From NCBI GenBank assembly GCA_039029735.1, contig JBCCFL010000007.1:96784-160783 (forward strand): 64,000 bases of DNA. Reading direction: 5' to 3'. The notes under the pieces are model-generated. The model saw nothing but the letters and a program-made list of their open reading frames with translations, had not been told where the DNA came from and did no database searches. The position numbers and the translations under genes were made by a program. Positions 19,641 through 27,458 of the stretch are shown here, in pieces. The stretch's first letter is position 1. Every line of letters starts with the position of its first letter. This DNA comes from Actinomycetota bacterium (lineage in GTDB: Bacteria > Actinomycetota > Acidimicrobiia > Acidimicrobiales > SZUA-35).

Positions 19641-20659
19641 CGGCTCAGGTCCCCGAGGAGCCGACCGGCGCCTCGAATGGCACCGATACCCGGCAGCGGG
19701 TGTTGTTCATCGGCGGGCTCGGGCGATCGGGGTCGACGCTGGTCGAACGCCTCCTCCACGAACTGGGCCCGACGTTCGCCGTCGGCGAAACAGTGCACCT
19801 CTGGGAGCGCGGCGTGCGCGACGACGAGCGGTGCTCGTGCGGGGCGCCGTTCAGTCAGTGCGCCCACTGGATCAAGGTGGGACGGACGGCATTCGGTGGG
19901 TGGGACAAGGTCGATCTCGGCGATCTGATCCACCTCCGCTGGTCGGTCGACCGCAGTCGCCGCATGCCTGAGATCATGGCCGCCCATCTGCGGGGCGTGA
20001 CCAGCGAAGCCCAGGACCGCTACCGCTGGCATCTTCAGCGGGTGCTCACGGCCACTGCCGAGGTCGCGATGCTCACCAACCAGTGCCAGGGGTTCGGTGC
20101 GGGGAAGACCCCCGTGCTGTTGGAGTCGTCGAAACACCTCTCGACGGCGGCGCTGCTGGCACTCGACGAGCACCTCGACGTGCGGGTGCTGCACCTCGTG
20201 CGTGACCCGAGGGGCGTGGCCTACTCCTGGACCAAGGAGGTGGCTCGACCCGAGGCCGACGGCGATCTCATGCCCCGCTACCGGCCGAGCCGCACCGCGG
20301 CGCGATGGGTAACCGACAACCTGGGCTTCGAGGCGTTGGCCCAACGGGTGCCGACCCTGAGCCTCCGCTACGAGGACCTGATGGCCGATCCGGTGGCCAC
20401 GATCGATCGCATCCTGCGCTTCATGGACCTCGACCCGGCGGTGATTGATCTCGACGTGCTGCGGGCCGATCCGATCGTGGTTCGCAATCCACTTCACTCG
20501 GTGGCCGGCAACCCGATGCGCTTCGGCGCGACCGAGCTACGCCTGCGTCTGGACGACCGCTGGCGCACGGCGCTCCCTCGCCGCACCGAACGCCTCGTGT
20601 CGGCGATCACCGCCCCGCTCCTCCCCCGCTACGGCTACCCGCTGCGCCCGACGGACTAG
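19637..20659 (+). CDS. Sulfotransferase family protein (second, distinct paralog)
   Basis: VLFIGGLGRSGSTLVERLL P-loop-like PAPS motif and LHLVRDPRGVAYSW. ATGA overlap with the upstream sulfotransferase. Confidence 0.75.
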   Translation: MTAQVPEEPTGASNGTDTRQRVLFIGGLGRSGSTLVERLLHELGPTFAVGETVHLWERGVRDDERCSCGAPFSQCAHWIKVGRTAFGGWDKVDLGDLIHLRWSVDRSRRMPEIMAAHLRGVTSEAQDRYRWHLQRVLTATAEVAMLTNQCQGFGAGKTPVLLESSKHLSTAALLALDEHLDVRVLHLVRDPRGVAYSWTKEVARPEADGDLMPRYRPSRTAARWVTDNLGFEALAQRVPTLSLRYEDLMADPVATIDRILRFMDLDPAVIDLDVLRADPIVVRNPLHSVAGNPMRFGATELRLRLDDRWRTALPRRTERLVSAITAPLLPRYGYPLRPTD

Positions 20660-20671
20660 TCGAGGGTGGCG
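20655..20671. repeat. 17-bp direct repeat, copy 1 (ACTAGTCGAGGGTGGCG)
   Basis: Exact copy of 21206-21222. Contains the sulfotransferase TAG stop and a minus-strand TAG stop. Confidence 0.9.
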
Positions 20672-20904
20672 ATCCCAGGAGCAGCGGCGGCTTCGACGTC
20701 AGAGGCCCGTGATACGGTCCAATCATGTCCTGGCGACCAGCTCCCGATCCGGCGAACACGCCGATTGATCGTCGCTCGGAGGCTGTCGAAGCCGGTTTCG
20801 TGGACGACCCAGACGTCCACCCAGGCGTTCGCCAGTTCGTGGATCGAGTAGTGGGGCGCCTCACGCCACCGCCTCGATCACGCCGCGCCCGCTGACCGCT
20901 GCTC

Positions 20905-21210
20905 GTGCCACAGCGACGGCGAGTTCGGGCCTTGGCCCAGTTCTTCGACGACGTGGACACGGCCCTGCCGCCGGACCTTCGATCGATGTTCCTCACCGAC
21001 CACTTGTTCGTCATCGTCGACCGCTTCGCCGACGGCTTCGACCGGCTTCCTGCCGTGCCCGGGGCGCATCGATGCCGCATGCTCATCGGTGCGTACGAGC
21101 ATCTCGGGTACGTGGCCGCAGGCCTCGAACAGCTCGACGGCTCGATCGAGCTCTACGCCTTCGAGGCGGATCTCGAGCCACCATGGGTCCTGGAGGAAGA
21201 CGTGTACTAG
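20905..21210 (+). CDS. Hypothetical 101-aa protein (weak SMI1/KNR4-like LP-x-D-x-x-x-F motif)
   Basis: GC3 about 82 percent. VDTALPPDLRSMFLTDH resembles the SUKH/SMI1 N-terminal motif. The in-phase antisense frame is also open, so the strand call is uncertain. Confidence 0.4.
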   Translation: MPQRRRVRALAQFFDDVDTALPPDLRSMFLTDHLFVIVDRFADGFDRLPAVPGAHRCRMLIGAYEHLGYVAAGLEQLDGSIELYAFEADLEPPWVLEEDVY

Positions 21211-21222
21211 TCGAGGGTGGCG
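21206..21222. repeat. 17-bp direct repeat, copy 2 (ACTAGTCGAGGGTGGCG)
   Basis: Exact copy of 20655-20671. Contains the TAG stop of the 101-aa ORF and the stop of the ATL gene. Confidence 0.9.
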
Positions 21223-21524
21223 GCGGGATCGTCGTCGAGGAGATCGTCGGATGGAGGGGGTGGGATCACCACTCGGCCGTTGCGGCACTCCACCCCCTCG
21301 GATGCGAGGATCTCGGCCTGGCGCACCGGGTCGTGGGGAATCAGTCGCCCCGATGCGCTGACCACCCGCCACCACGGCAGCCCTTCGCTGCGGCTCAAGA
21401 TGTTGCCCACCGCCCGTGCCGCTCCGGGGTGGCCGGCCTCAGCCGCCACGTCGCCATAGCTCAACACGTCACCGGGCTCGGTGGCGTGGAGCACGGCGAT
21501 CACGGCCTCTTCGAACGTCGTCAT
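21207..21524 (-). CDS. MGMT-family alkyltransferase-like (ATL) DNA-binding protein, active-site Cys replaced by Trp
   Basis: MTTFEEAVIAVLHATEPGDVLSYGDVA..GAARAVGNIL..LPWWRVV (PWWR in place of PCHR). GGAGG Shine-Dalgarno before ATG 21524. Confidence 0.75.
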   Translation of the reverse strand: MTTFEEAVIAVLHATEPGDVLSYGDVAAEAGHPGAARAVGNILSRSEGLPWWRVVSASGRLIPHDPVRQAEILASEGVECRNGRVVIPPPPSDDLLDDDPAATLD

Positions 21525-21570
21525 GGTGCAGCCGCCTCCGGCCACGGTCTGGAGCGCGCCGACCCGGCCG

Positions 21571-22443
21571 TCATCGTGCGGCGGCGTCGGCCCCCGCCTG
21601 GCGGTCGGCCCACCAGGCATCGAGGCGAGCCCGGATCTCGTCGTCGGGTAGCACACCCTCGGCCCGCTTGATCTCGAGCAAGAACGCGAGCGCGGCACCG
21701 ACCACCGGGCCCGGTTCGATCCCGAGGTGGGCGATCACCGCTTGGCCATCCATCTGCGGCCGCTCGGCTGCCCGGCGATCCTCTCGGGCCAGCTCCAGGA
21801 TCCGGTGCTCCAGCTCGTCGATCTGACGCTGCAGGCGATCGGCCTTGGCCCGGTTGCGGGTGGTGCAGTCGCACCGCACGAGTTCGTTGAGGTACCCGAG
21901 GAGGTGCCCGGCGTCGCGGGCGTAGCGCCGCACGGCCGAGTCGGACCACCCGTCGGCGTAGCCCTTGAACCGGCCCGACAGGCGTACGAGCTCGGCAACG
22001 TCTTTCACCATCTGGCGCTCGAAGCCCATCTCACGGAGTCGGGCCTTGGTGATCTTGGCCCCCACGGCCTCGTGGTGGCGGAACGTCACGCCACCGTGCT
22101 CGAACGAACGCGTGGCGGGCTTGCCGATGTCGTGGAAGAGAGCGGCAAGGCGAACCGTGAGGTCGGGCTGGGTTTTGGCGGTGACGGCGATGGTGTGGGC
22201 CAGCACGTCCTTGTGGCGGTGGATGGGATCCTGTTCCAGACGCAGCGCCGGAAGCTCCGGCACCACCTCTGCGGCAACGCCGGAGTCACACAGCGACCAC
22301 AACCCGTCGGTCGGGTCGGGCGCGACGAGCACGTCGGACAACATCTGGCGCCGCTCGTCGGCCGTCATGTCGGATTCGACCGGAGCGATCCGCACGGGCG
22401 TGCGCGCCGCCTGCTCCTCGGTCTGATTCGCCGTCATGGCCAT
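21571..22443 (-). CDS. HD-domain phosphohydrolase resembling the C-terminal half of actinobacterial CCA-adding enzymes
   Basis: DPIHRHKDVLAHTIAV and LAALFHDIGKP motifs. No nucleotidyltransferase head domain. Start ATG 22443 shares one nucleotide with the GH3 stop (TGATG). Confidence 0.7.
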   Translation of the reverse strand: MAMTANQTEEQAARTPVRIAPVESDMTADERRQMLSDVLVAPDPTDGLWSLCDSGVAAEVVPELPALRLEQDPIHRHKDVLAHTIAVTAKTQPDLTVRLAALFHDIGKPATRSFEHGGVTFRHHEAVGAKITKARLREMGFERQMVKDVAELVRLSGRFKGYADGWSDSAVRRYARDAGHLLGYLNELVRCDCTTRNRAKADRLQRQIDELEHRILELAREDRRAAERPQMDGQAVIAHLGIEPGPVVGAALAFLLEIKRAEGVLPDDEIRARLDAWWADRQAGADAAAR

Positions 22444-24929
22444 CAGTCTAGGGATCGCACGACCTCGACCTGATGGGCGAGATCGCGGCTCGATGTGCCG
22501 ATGTGCAGGGTGAACGCGCCCGGATCGGCCGTCCAGCCGCCGTCGGCCCAGCGATGGAACGCCCGAGCCGGCACGCTGAGCTCGGCCCAGGCCTCGGCTC
22601 CGGCGGGGAGATGGACCGACGCGAACGCCGCCAGAGCTCGCACCGGCCGTGCGGGGGTGGCAGATGCTCGAACCGCCTCGGGAGCCTCGACGTAGGCCTG
22701 CACCACACACTTGCCGGCGCGGTCGCCGGTGTTGCGGACCGGCACTCGCACCGCCACCGCATCGTTGGCCCCCAGCGCCCCCGATGCGGCTGCGCCCAGC
22801 GCCTCGGGCACCCCGAGATCGAAGCTGGTGTAGCCGAGGCCGAAGCCGAACGGCACGAGCGGTTCGAGACCGCGATGGTCATAGGCCCGGTAGCCGATCA
22901 GGAGCTCCTCTTCGTATTCGAGCTTGGCGCCCGGAGCGGGCGGCCCAGGTTCGGGTGTCGGCAGTGGGAACGGCGCATCGTCGACGCTGACCGGCCAGGT
23001 CACCGGCAGGCGGCCGCCCGGCTCGGCCACGCCGAGCACCACGTCGGCCAGCGCAGCGCCGAACTCCTGCCCCGGATACCAACACATGAGGGTGGCGCCC
23101 ACCTCGTCGAGCCACGGGGCCGACACCGGCGAGCCGGCGTTGATCGCCACCACCGTGTTGGGGTTGGCGGCCGCCACTCGACGAACCAGTTCGTCCTGGC
23201 GGCCGGGGAGGTCGAGCGTGCGCCGGTCGTGGCTCTCGGTCTCCCAGTCGTGGTTGAGGCCCACCACCACAACGGCGGCGTCGGCGGTTGAGGCGGCGGC
23301 AACGGCGTCGTCGAGCATGGCATCCTCGTCGACTGGGGGGAGCCAGCCGAACCGGATCCCGGCGAGCGGTGTGGTGTGGTCGATCGACCACTCCACCACG
23401 ATCTCGGCCACCGACCCCGCAGTGAGGTCGATCGCGCCTACCACCTCGTCGGTTGAGAACTGGAAGAAGGCGTCGCCGGGCTGCGGGTCGGTCCAGTTGT
23501 CGGCAACGAGATGGCTGTTGATCACCACCCGAGATCGACCGACGGCGAGCACGCCGAAGTGATGGGTGCCGGTGGCGTCGATCTCGAGGTGCCCCGTCCA
23601 CCGCATCGAGCCCGGACGATCAGCCGGGTCGCCCTGGATGAAGGCACCGGCCGACCGCGTGGCGCGCTGGCCGACGGGGTCACCAGAGCAGTCGTCGCTG
23701 TCGTAGGTGGCAACGGAGAGGTCGGGCCCACCGGTCGGCCCCTCCTGCCAGTGCTCCTGGTTCACGAGCGGCAGATAACGGTGAGCGAAGCAGCCGGGCC
23801 GGTACATCACCTCGGCGCCGGGAAGCGCCGCCGCCATGCCCTCTCGCGGAGTGATCGTGTAGTGGGCGGGCACCTGCGCCGATCCGCCACCCTGGATGGT
23901 GCCGGGCTCGGCGTTGGGGCCGATCAGGGCCACGGTGGTGAGCGCGTCGCCGGCGAACGGGAGCACCTCCGCGTTGTGGAGTAGCACCATGCCATCGGTG
24001 GCGGCCCGGCGTGCCACCGCCTGATCGGCGGGGTCGTCCACCGAGCGCTCGGGCGGCTCGGGCTGGGCGGCCACTGCGCCGAGTCGAGCCGTGCGCTGCG
24101 CGAGCCGCACCACCTGGGTGGCTCGGGCGGCGACGTCGGCGGCGTCGACCTCGCCCGCGTCGACCGCGGTGCGTAGCTTGGGGCCGAGGGTGAGCGCAGG
24201 GCCGGGCATCTCCAGGTCGAGCCCCGCCGTGATCGGGCGGGCAGGATGCAAGGTGGCCCCCCAGTCCGACATCACGAGGCCGTCGAACCCCCACTCGGTG
24301 CGCAGCACATCGGTGAGCAGCCACTCGTGCTCGGTGCAGTAGCGGCCGTTGAGCATCGGGTAGGCGGCCATGATCGACCACACCCCAGCCGTGGCCACCG
24401 CCTCGAACGGGGCCAGGTAGATCTCGCGCAGCACCGCCTCAGACACCTCCGACGACACGGTGAGCCGTGCGTACTCAACGTCGTTGGCCACGAAGTGCTT
24501 CGCGCAGGCGCCGACGCCCTCGCTCTGCACCCCATCGACGTAGCTCACCGCCATCGCCGCGGTGAGCACAGGATCTTCGCCGAAGCTCTCGAAGTTCCGA
24601 CCACCGAGCGGGTGGCGGGCCATGTTGATCGTCGGCGCCAGCAGAACCTGGGCTTCCTTGCGACCGACCTCACGCCCGAGGAGCCGGCCCACGTCCACCG
24701 CGAGATCGCGGTCGAAGGAGGCGGCGAGACCGATCGTGGCCGGTAGGCACACCGCAGTGGCCCCCGACACTCCGTCGCCCCGAGTGCCGTTCGGGCCGTC
24801 GGTCACCTTGACGGCGCCAATCCCGGCGTCGGGGAGGGCAACGGTGCGCCACACATCGGCCCCCGACAGCAGCGAGATCTGCTCATCGAGGGACAGCTGG
24901 GCCACAATGGAAGCGGGATCGGAAGCCAT
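22443..24929 (-). CDS. Glycoside hydrolase family 3 beta-glucosidase with PA14-like insert
   Basis: LSLDEQISLLSG, KVTDGPNGTRG, nucleophile region GLVMSDWGA. 828 aa. Confidence 0.85.
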   Translation of the reverse strand: MASDPASIVAQLSLDEQISLLSGADVWRTVALPDAGIGAVKVTDGPNGTRGDGVSGATAVCLPATIGLAASFDRDLAVDVGRLLGREVGRKEAQVLLAPTINMARHPLGGRNFESFGEDPVLTAAMAVSYVDGVQSEGVGACAKHFVANDVEYARLTVSSEVSEAVLREIYLAPFEAVATAGVWSIMAAYPMLNGRYCTEHEWLLTDVLRTEWGFDGLVMSDWGATLHPARPITAGLDLEMPGPALTLGPKLRTAVDAGEVDAADVAARATQVVRLAQRTARLGAVAAQPEPPERSVDDPADQAVARRAATDGMVLLHNAEVLPFAGDALTTVALIGPNAEPGTIQGGGSAQVPAHYTITPREGMAAALPGAEVMYRPGCFAHRYLPLVNQEHWQEGPTGGPDLSVATYDSDDCSGDPVGQRATRSAGAFIQGDPADRPGSMRWTGHLEIDATGTHHFGVLAVGRSRVVINSHLVADNWTDPQPGDAFFQFSTDEVVGAIDLTAGSVAEIVVEWSIDHTTPLAGIRFGWLPPVDEDAMLDDAVAAASTADAAVVVVGLNHDWETESHDRRTLDLPGRQDELVRRVAAANPNTVVAINAGSPVSAPWLDEVGATLMCWYPGQEFGAALADVVLGVAEPGGRLPVTWPVSVDDAPFPLPTPEPGPPAPGAKLEYEEELLIGYRAYDHRGLEPLVPFGFGLGYTSFDLGVPEALGAAASGALGANDAVAVRVPVRNTGDRAGKCVVQAYVEAPEAVRASATPARPVRALAAFASVHLPAGAEAWAELSVPARAFHRWADGGWTADPGAFTLHIGTSSRDLAHQVEVVRSLD

Positions 24930-25060
24930 ATGGCTCTCTGTCTATCCCGCTCTGCCGGCTCGACCGCCCCGAGCTGCCCACCACCCGCCGCCGCGTCCAC
25001 CCGGACCAGGCCCATCCCACCTCCACGCGACTTTCTTTCGGCTCTGAACGTCTTCCAGTC

Positions 25061-25843
25061 ATGACCCGCACCTTCTTCGCCATCGTGGCCGCCGCCGTTC
25101 TGGTCGGTGTCGGCATCCTGTTTGGCCAGACGGGCCTGCTTCGTTTCAACGGCCCTGATCTGCCTGATTTCGGCACGACAGAGGTCGACGTCAGCCTCCC
25201 CGAGGAGGCGCGGATCGTGGCCGTCGAGCCGATCTCGCTCGACTGCCGCGCTCGGGTGCACGCCGTGGTTCCGGTGGAGGGCAAGAAGGAGCACAAGCTG
25301 CTCGGCCAGACCTACCGCACCGACCGGGTGACCCTCAACGCCGTTGGCGACGTCGACACCTGCGTCGACGGCAGCTCGGCCACCATCTACCGCAACACCG
25401 ACGGCACCACCGACGTGGTGATCGACGGCTCGTCGATCGTGTTCGTGCGCCCCCGGGTGGACACCGTGGCCACCGGCGACAGCCTCGACGTGGAGCAGGG
25501 CTTCGTCGGTGAGATCACCGACGTGTTCCCCTTCGTCGACGACAACCTCGGGCTCACCCCGCTCGCCTACGCCTACGCCCAGAACGTGATCGGCTCGAGT
25601 GAGTGCATGCGCACGGCCTACGGCGTGACGGAGGGGATCCTCCTCGACGCCTACCGCCAGCAGTTCATCGAGCAGGGCATCGACCCCGACAAGCTCACGG
25701 TCCGCATCGACGGCGAGCCGCTCTTCGACGACCCGGACGAAATCGAGTTCGGTGAAGGCGTCGAGATGTCGGTGCGCAGCGGCGACATCTCGTGCGAGGC
25801 GAGCGAGGACCTCGGCGGGATCTCCACCCCGTCGGACCTCTGA
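25061..25843 (+). CDS. Hypothetical membrane-anchored protein
   Basis: N-terminal TM FFAIVAAAVLVGVGILF followed by an acidic extracytoplasmic domain. Strong GC3. No family recognised. Confidence 0.6.
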   Translation: MTRTFFAIVAAAVLVGVGILFGQTGLLRFNGPDLPDFGTTEVDVSLPEEARIVAVEPISLDCRARVHAVVPVEGKKEHKLLGQTYRTDRVTLNAVGDVDTCVDGSSATIYRNTDGTTDVVIDGSSIVFVRPRVDTVATGDSLDVEQGFVGEITDVFPFVDDNLGLTPLAYAYAQNVIGSSECMRTAYGVTEGILLDAYRQQFIEQGIDPDKLTVRIDGEPLFDDPDEIEFGEGVEMSVRSGDISCEASEDLGGISTPSDL

Positions 25844-25876
25844 TCGTGAGCGAGTTGATCCTGGTCGAGCGCTGTC

Positions 25877-26293
25877 GTGAGTGACGACGATCTGCTCGTC
25901 ACGAACGCATTGGTGATTCCGGCGGCGGAGCTGTCGTGGCGGTTCTCCACCTCAGGCGGCCCCGGAGGTCAACACGCCAACACGTCGCACACCCGAGCCG
26001 AGGTGTCGTTCGACGTCGCAGGCTCCGCAGTGCTGAGTGAGACCCAGCGCCGGCGCCTGCTGGCCGAGATCGGCCCGATGGCAACCGTGGCGGCCGATGA
26101 CACCCGCTCACAGACCCGCAACCGCCGCCTGGCCCGCGAGCGCCTGGCGGCCCGGTTGCGCGAGGCGCTGGCGCCCCGACCCACCCGTCGGGCCACCAAA
26201 CCAACTCGGGGCTCGAAGGAACGCCGCCTGGCCGAGAAGCAACGCCGCTCCCGCACCAAGGCCGATCGGGCCCGCCCCCGCCACGACGACTAG
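25877..26293 (+). CDS. arfB: Alternative ribosome-rescue factor ArfB (peptidyl-tRNA hydrolase, GGQ domain)
   Basis: SGGPGGQHANTSHT GGQ motif and a basic C-terminal tail RPTRRATKPTRGSKERRLAEKQRRSRTK, as in YaeJ. Confidence 0.85.
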   Translation: MSDDDLLVTNALVIPAAELSWRFSTSGGPGGQHANTSHTRAEVSFDVAGSAVLSETQRRRLLAEIGPMATVAADDTRSQTRNRRLARERLAARLREALAPRPTRRATKPTRGSKERRLAEKQRRSRTKADRARPRHDD

Positions 26294-26323
26294 TTCGCTG
26301 CAGCAAATCGGGCTGAGCTAGTG

Positions 26324-26347
26324 AGTGACCATGTAGACTTGGTCACT
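26324..26347. promoter_or_regulatory. Candidate TA operator palindrome
   Basis: AGTGACC-N10-GGTCACT ends immediately before the antitoxin ATG at 26348. Confidence 0.45.
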
Positions 26348-26572
26348 ATGACCATCCAGATGAACGTGGCCGAGGCGAAGGCGAAGCTCTCCGAACTCCT
26401 CGACGCTGCCGCCGCAGGGCGAGAAGTGCTCATTGCGCGCTCCGGTAAGGTGGTTGCTCGACTGTTGCCGGTGGAGGCTCCTCCACCGCGGCCGCTCGGC
26501 TTCCTCCCGCTCGATGTCCCCGACTCGGCCTTCGATCCTCTCACCGACGAGGAACTCGAAGCCTGGGAGTAA
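26348..26572 (+). CDS. Type II antitoxin, Phd/YefM family
   Basis: MTIQMNVAEAKAKLSELLDAAAAGREVLIARSGKVVARLLPV. Its stop lies 2 nt before the PIN toxin start. ORF opens at GTG 26321. Confidence 0.8.
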   Translation: MTIQMNVAEAKAKLSELLDAAAAGREVLIARSGKVVARLLPVEAPPPRPLGFLPLDVPDSAFDPLTDEELEAWE

Positions 26573-26574
26573 CC

Positions 26575-26970
26575 ATGGCCATCTCTCTCCTGCTCGACAC
26601 GCACGCACTCGTGTGGGCCGTCGCCAACCCCGACCGTCTGAGCGATGCAGCACGCGTCCAGATCTCGGACCCATCGACCAACCTGGTCGTCTCGGCCGTC
26701 TCGGCGTTGGAACTCAGCACCAAGGTCCGCCTCGGCAAACTTCCCGAGGCGGAGCCACTCGTGCACCAGTACCACGAAACGATTCGCCACCTCGGCGCCC
26801 GGCATCTTCCGATCGAGGCGAACCACGCCCTGCGCGCCGGACTACTGCGCTGGGATCACCGCGATCCGTTCGACCGACTTCTCGCTGCGCAGTCGATCCT
26901 CGAGAACCACACCTTGATCAGTCGCGACGCAGCGTTCGCCGAGCTGGGTGGGCTCCAAGTGCTCTGGTGA
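26575..26970 (+). CDS. vapC: Type II toxin, PIN-domain ribonuclease VapC
   Basis: LLLDTHALVW, SAVSALEL, DPFDRLLAAQS acidic PIN residues. 131 aa. Confidence 0.85.
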   Translation: MAISLLLDTHALVWAVANPDRLSDAARVQISDPSTNLVVSAVSALELSTKVRLGKLPEAEPLVHQYHETIRHLGARHLPIEANHALRAGLLRWDHRDPFDRLLAAQSILENHTLISRDAAFAELGGLQVLW

Positions 26971-26993
26971 GCACGGAGTGCGATACTGCGGCG

Positions 26994-27422
26994 ATGGCTG
27001 ACACTCCTGTGAAGAAGGCTTGGGACCTGGTCGACGAGGCCAAGGCGAGCATCGACAACCTCTCCGCCGCCGAGCTGAAGGCCGCCATGGGCGCCGACGG
27101 CACCGTGGTGGTCGACATACGCGACCACCGTGAGCTGTACCTCAAGGGCAAGATCCCCGGCGCGGTGCACGCGCCGCGGGGCATGCTCGAGTTCTGGGTC
27201 GACCCGGCCAGCGAGTACTACCGAGAGGTCTTCAAGCCTGAGCAGCGCTACCTGCTCTACTGCGCCGGCGGCGGCCGCTCGGCCCTCGCGGCCAAGACCA
27301 TGAAAGACATGGGCTACGGCAACGTCGGCCATCTCGAACCGGGCTTCGGCGGCTGGGAAGCGGCCGGCTACGAGATCGAGGACATCAAGGCCACCTCGAA
27401 GTGGGTGCCCCGAGAGGGCTAG
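26994..27422 (+). CDS. Single-domain rhodanese-like sulfurtransferase
   Basis: Active-site loop LLYCAGGGRSALAA and VVVDIRDHRELYLKGKIPGAVHAP. Only the 3' part of the 329-aa ORF is coding-like. Confidence 0.8.
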   Translation: MADTPVKKAWDLVDEAKASIDNLSAAELKAAMGADGTVVVDIRDHRELYLKGKIPGAVHAPRGMLEFWVDPASEYYREVFKPEQRYLLYCAGGGRSALAAKTMKDMGYGNVGHLEPGFGGWEAAGYEIEDIKATSKWVPREG

Positions 27423-27458
27423 CCGTGGCGCCGGGCGGGGCTTGCTTCGCGCAGGCTC

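Noticed and set aside
20878-20880. In-frame TGA joining two minus-strand ORFs, considered as a second selenocysteine codon
   Set aside because: There is no redox motif (CxxU/UxxC) around it, no convincing hairpin at SECIS spacing, no recognisable family on either side, and the upstream part is in-phase antisense to a plausible plus-strand ORF. A decayed gene or chance open frames are more likely.
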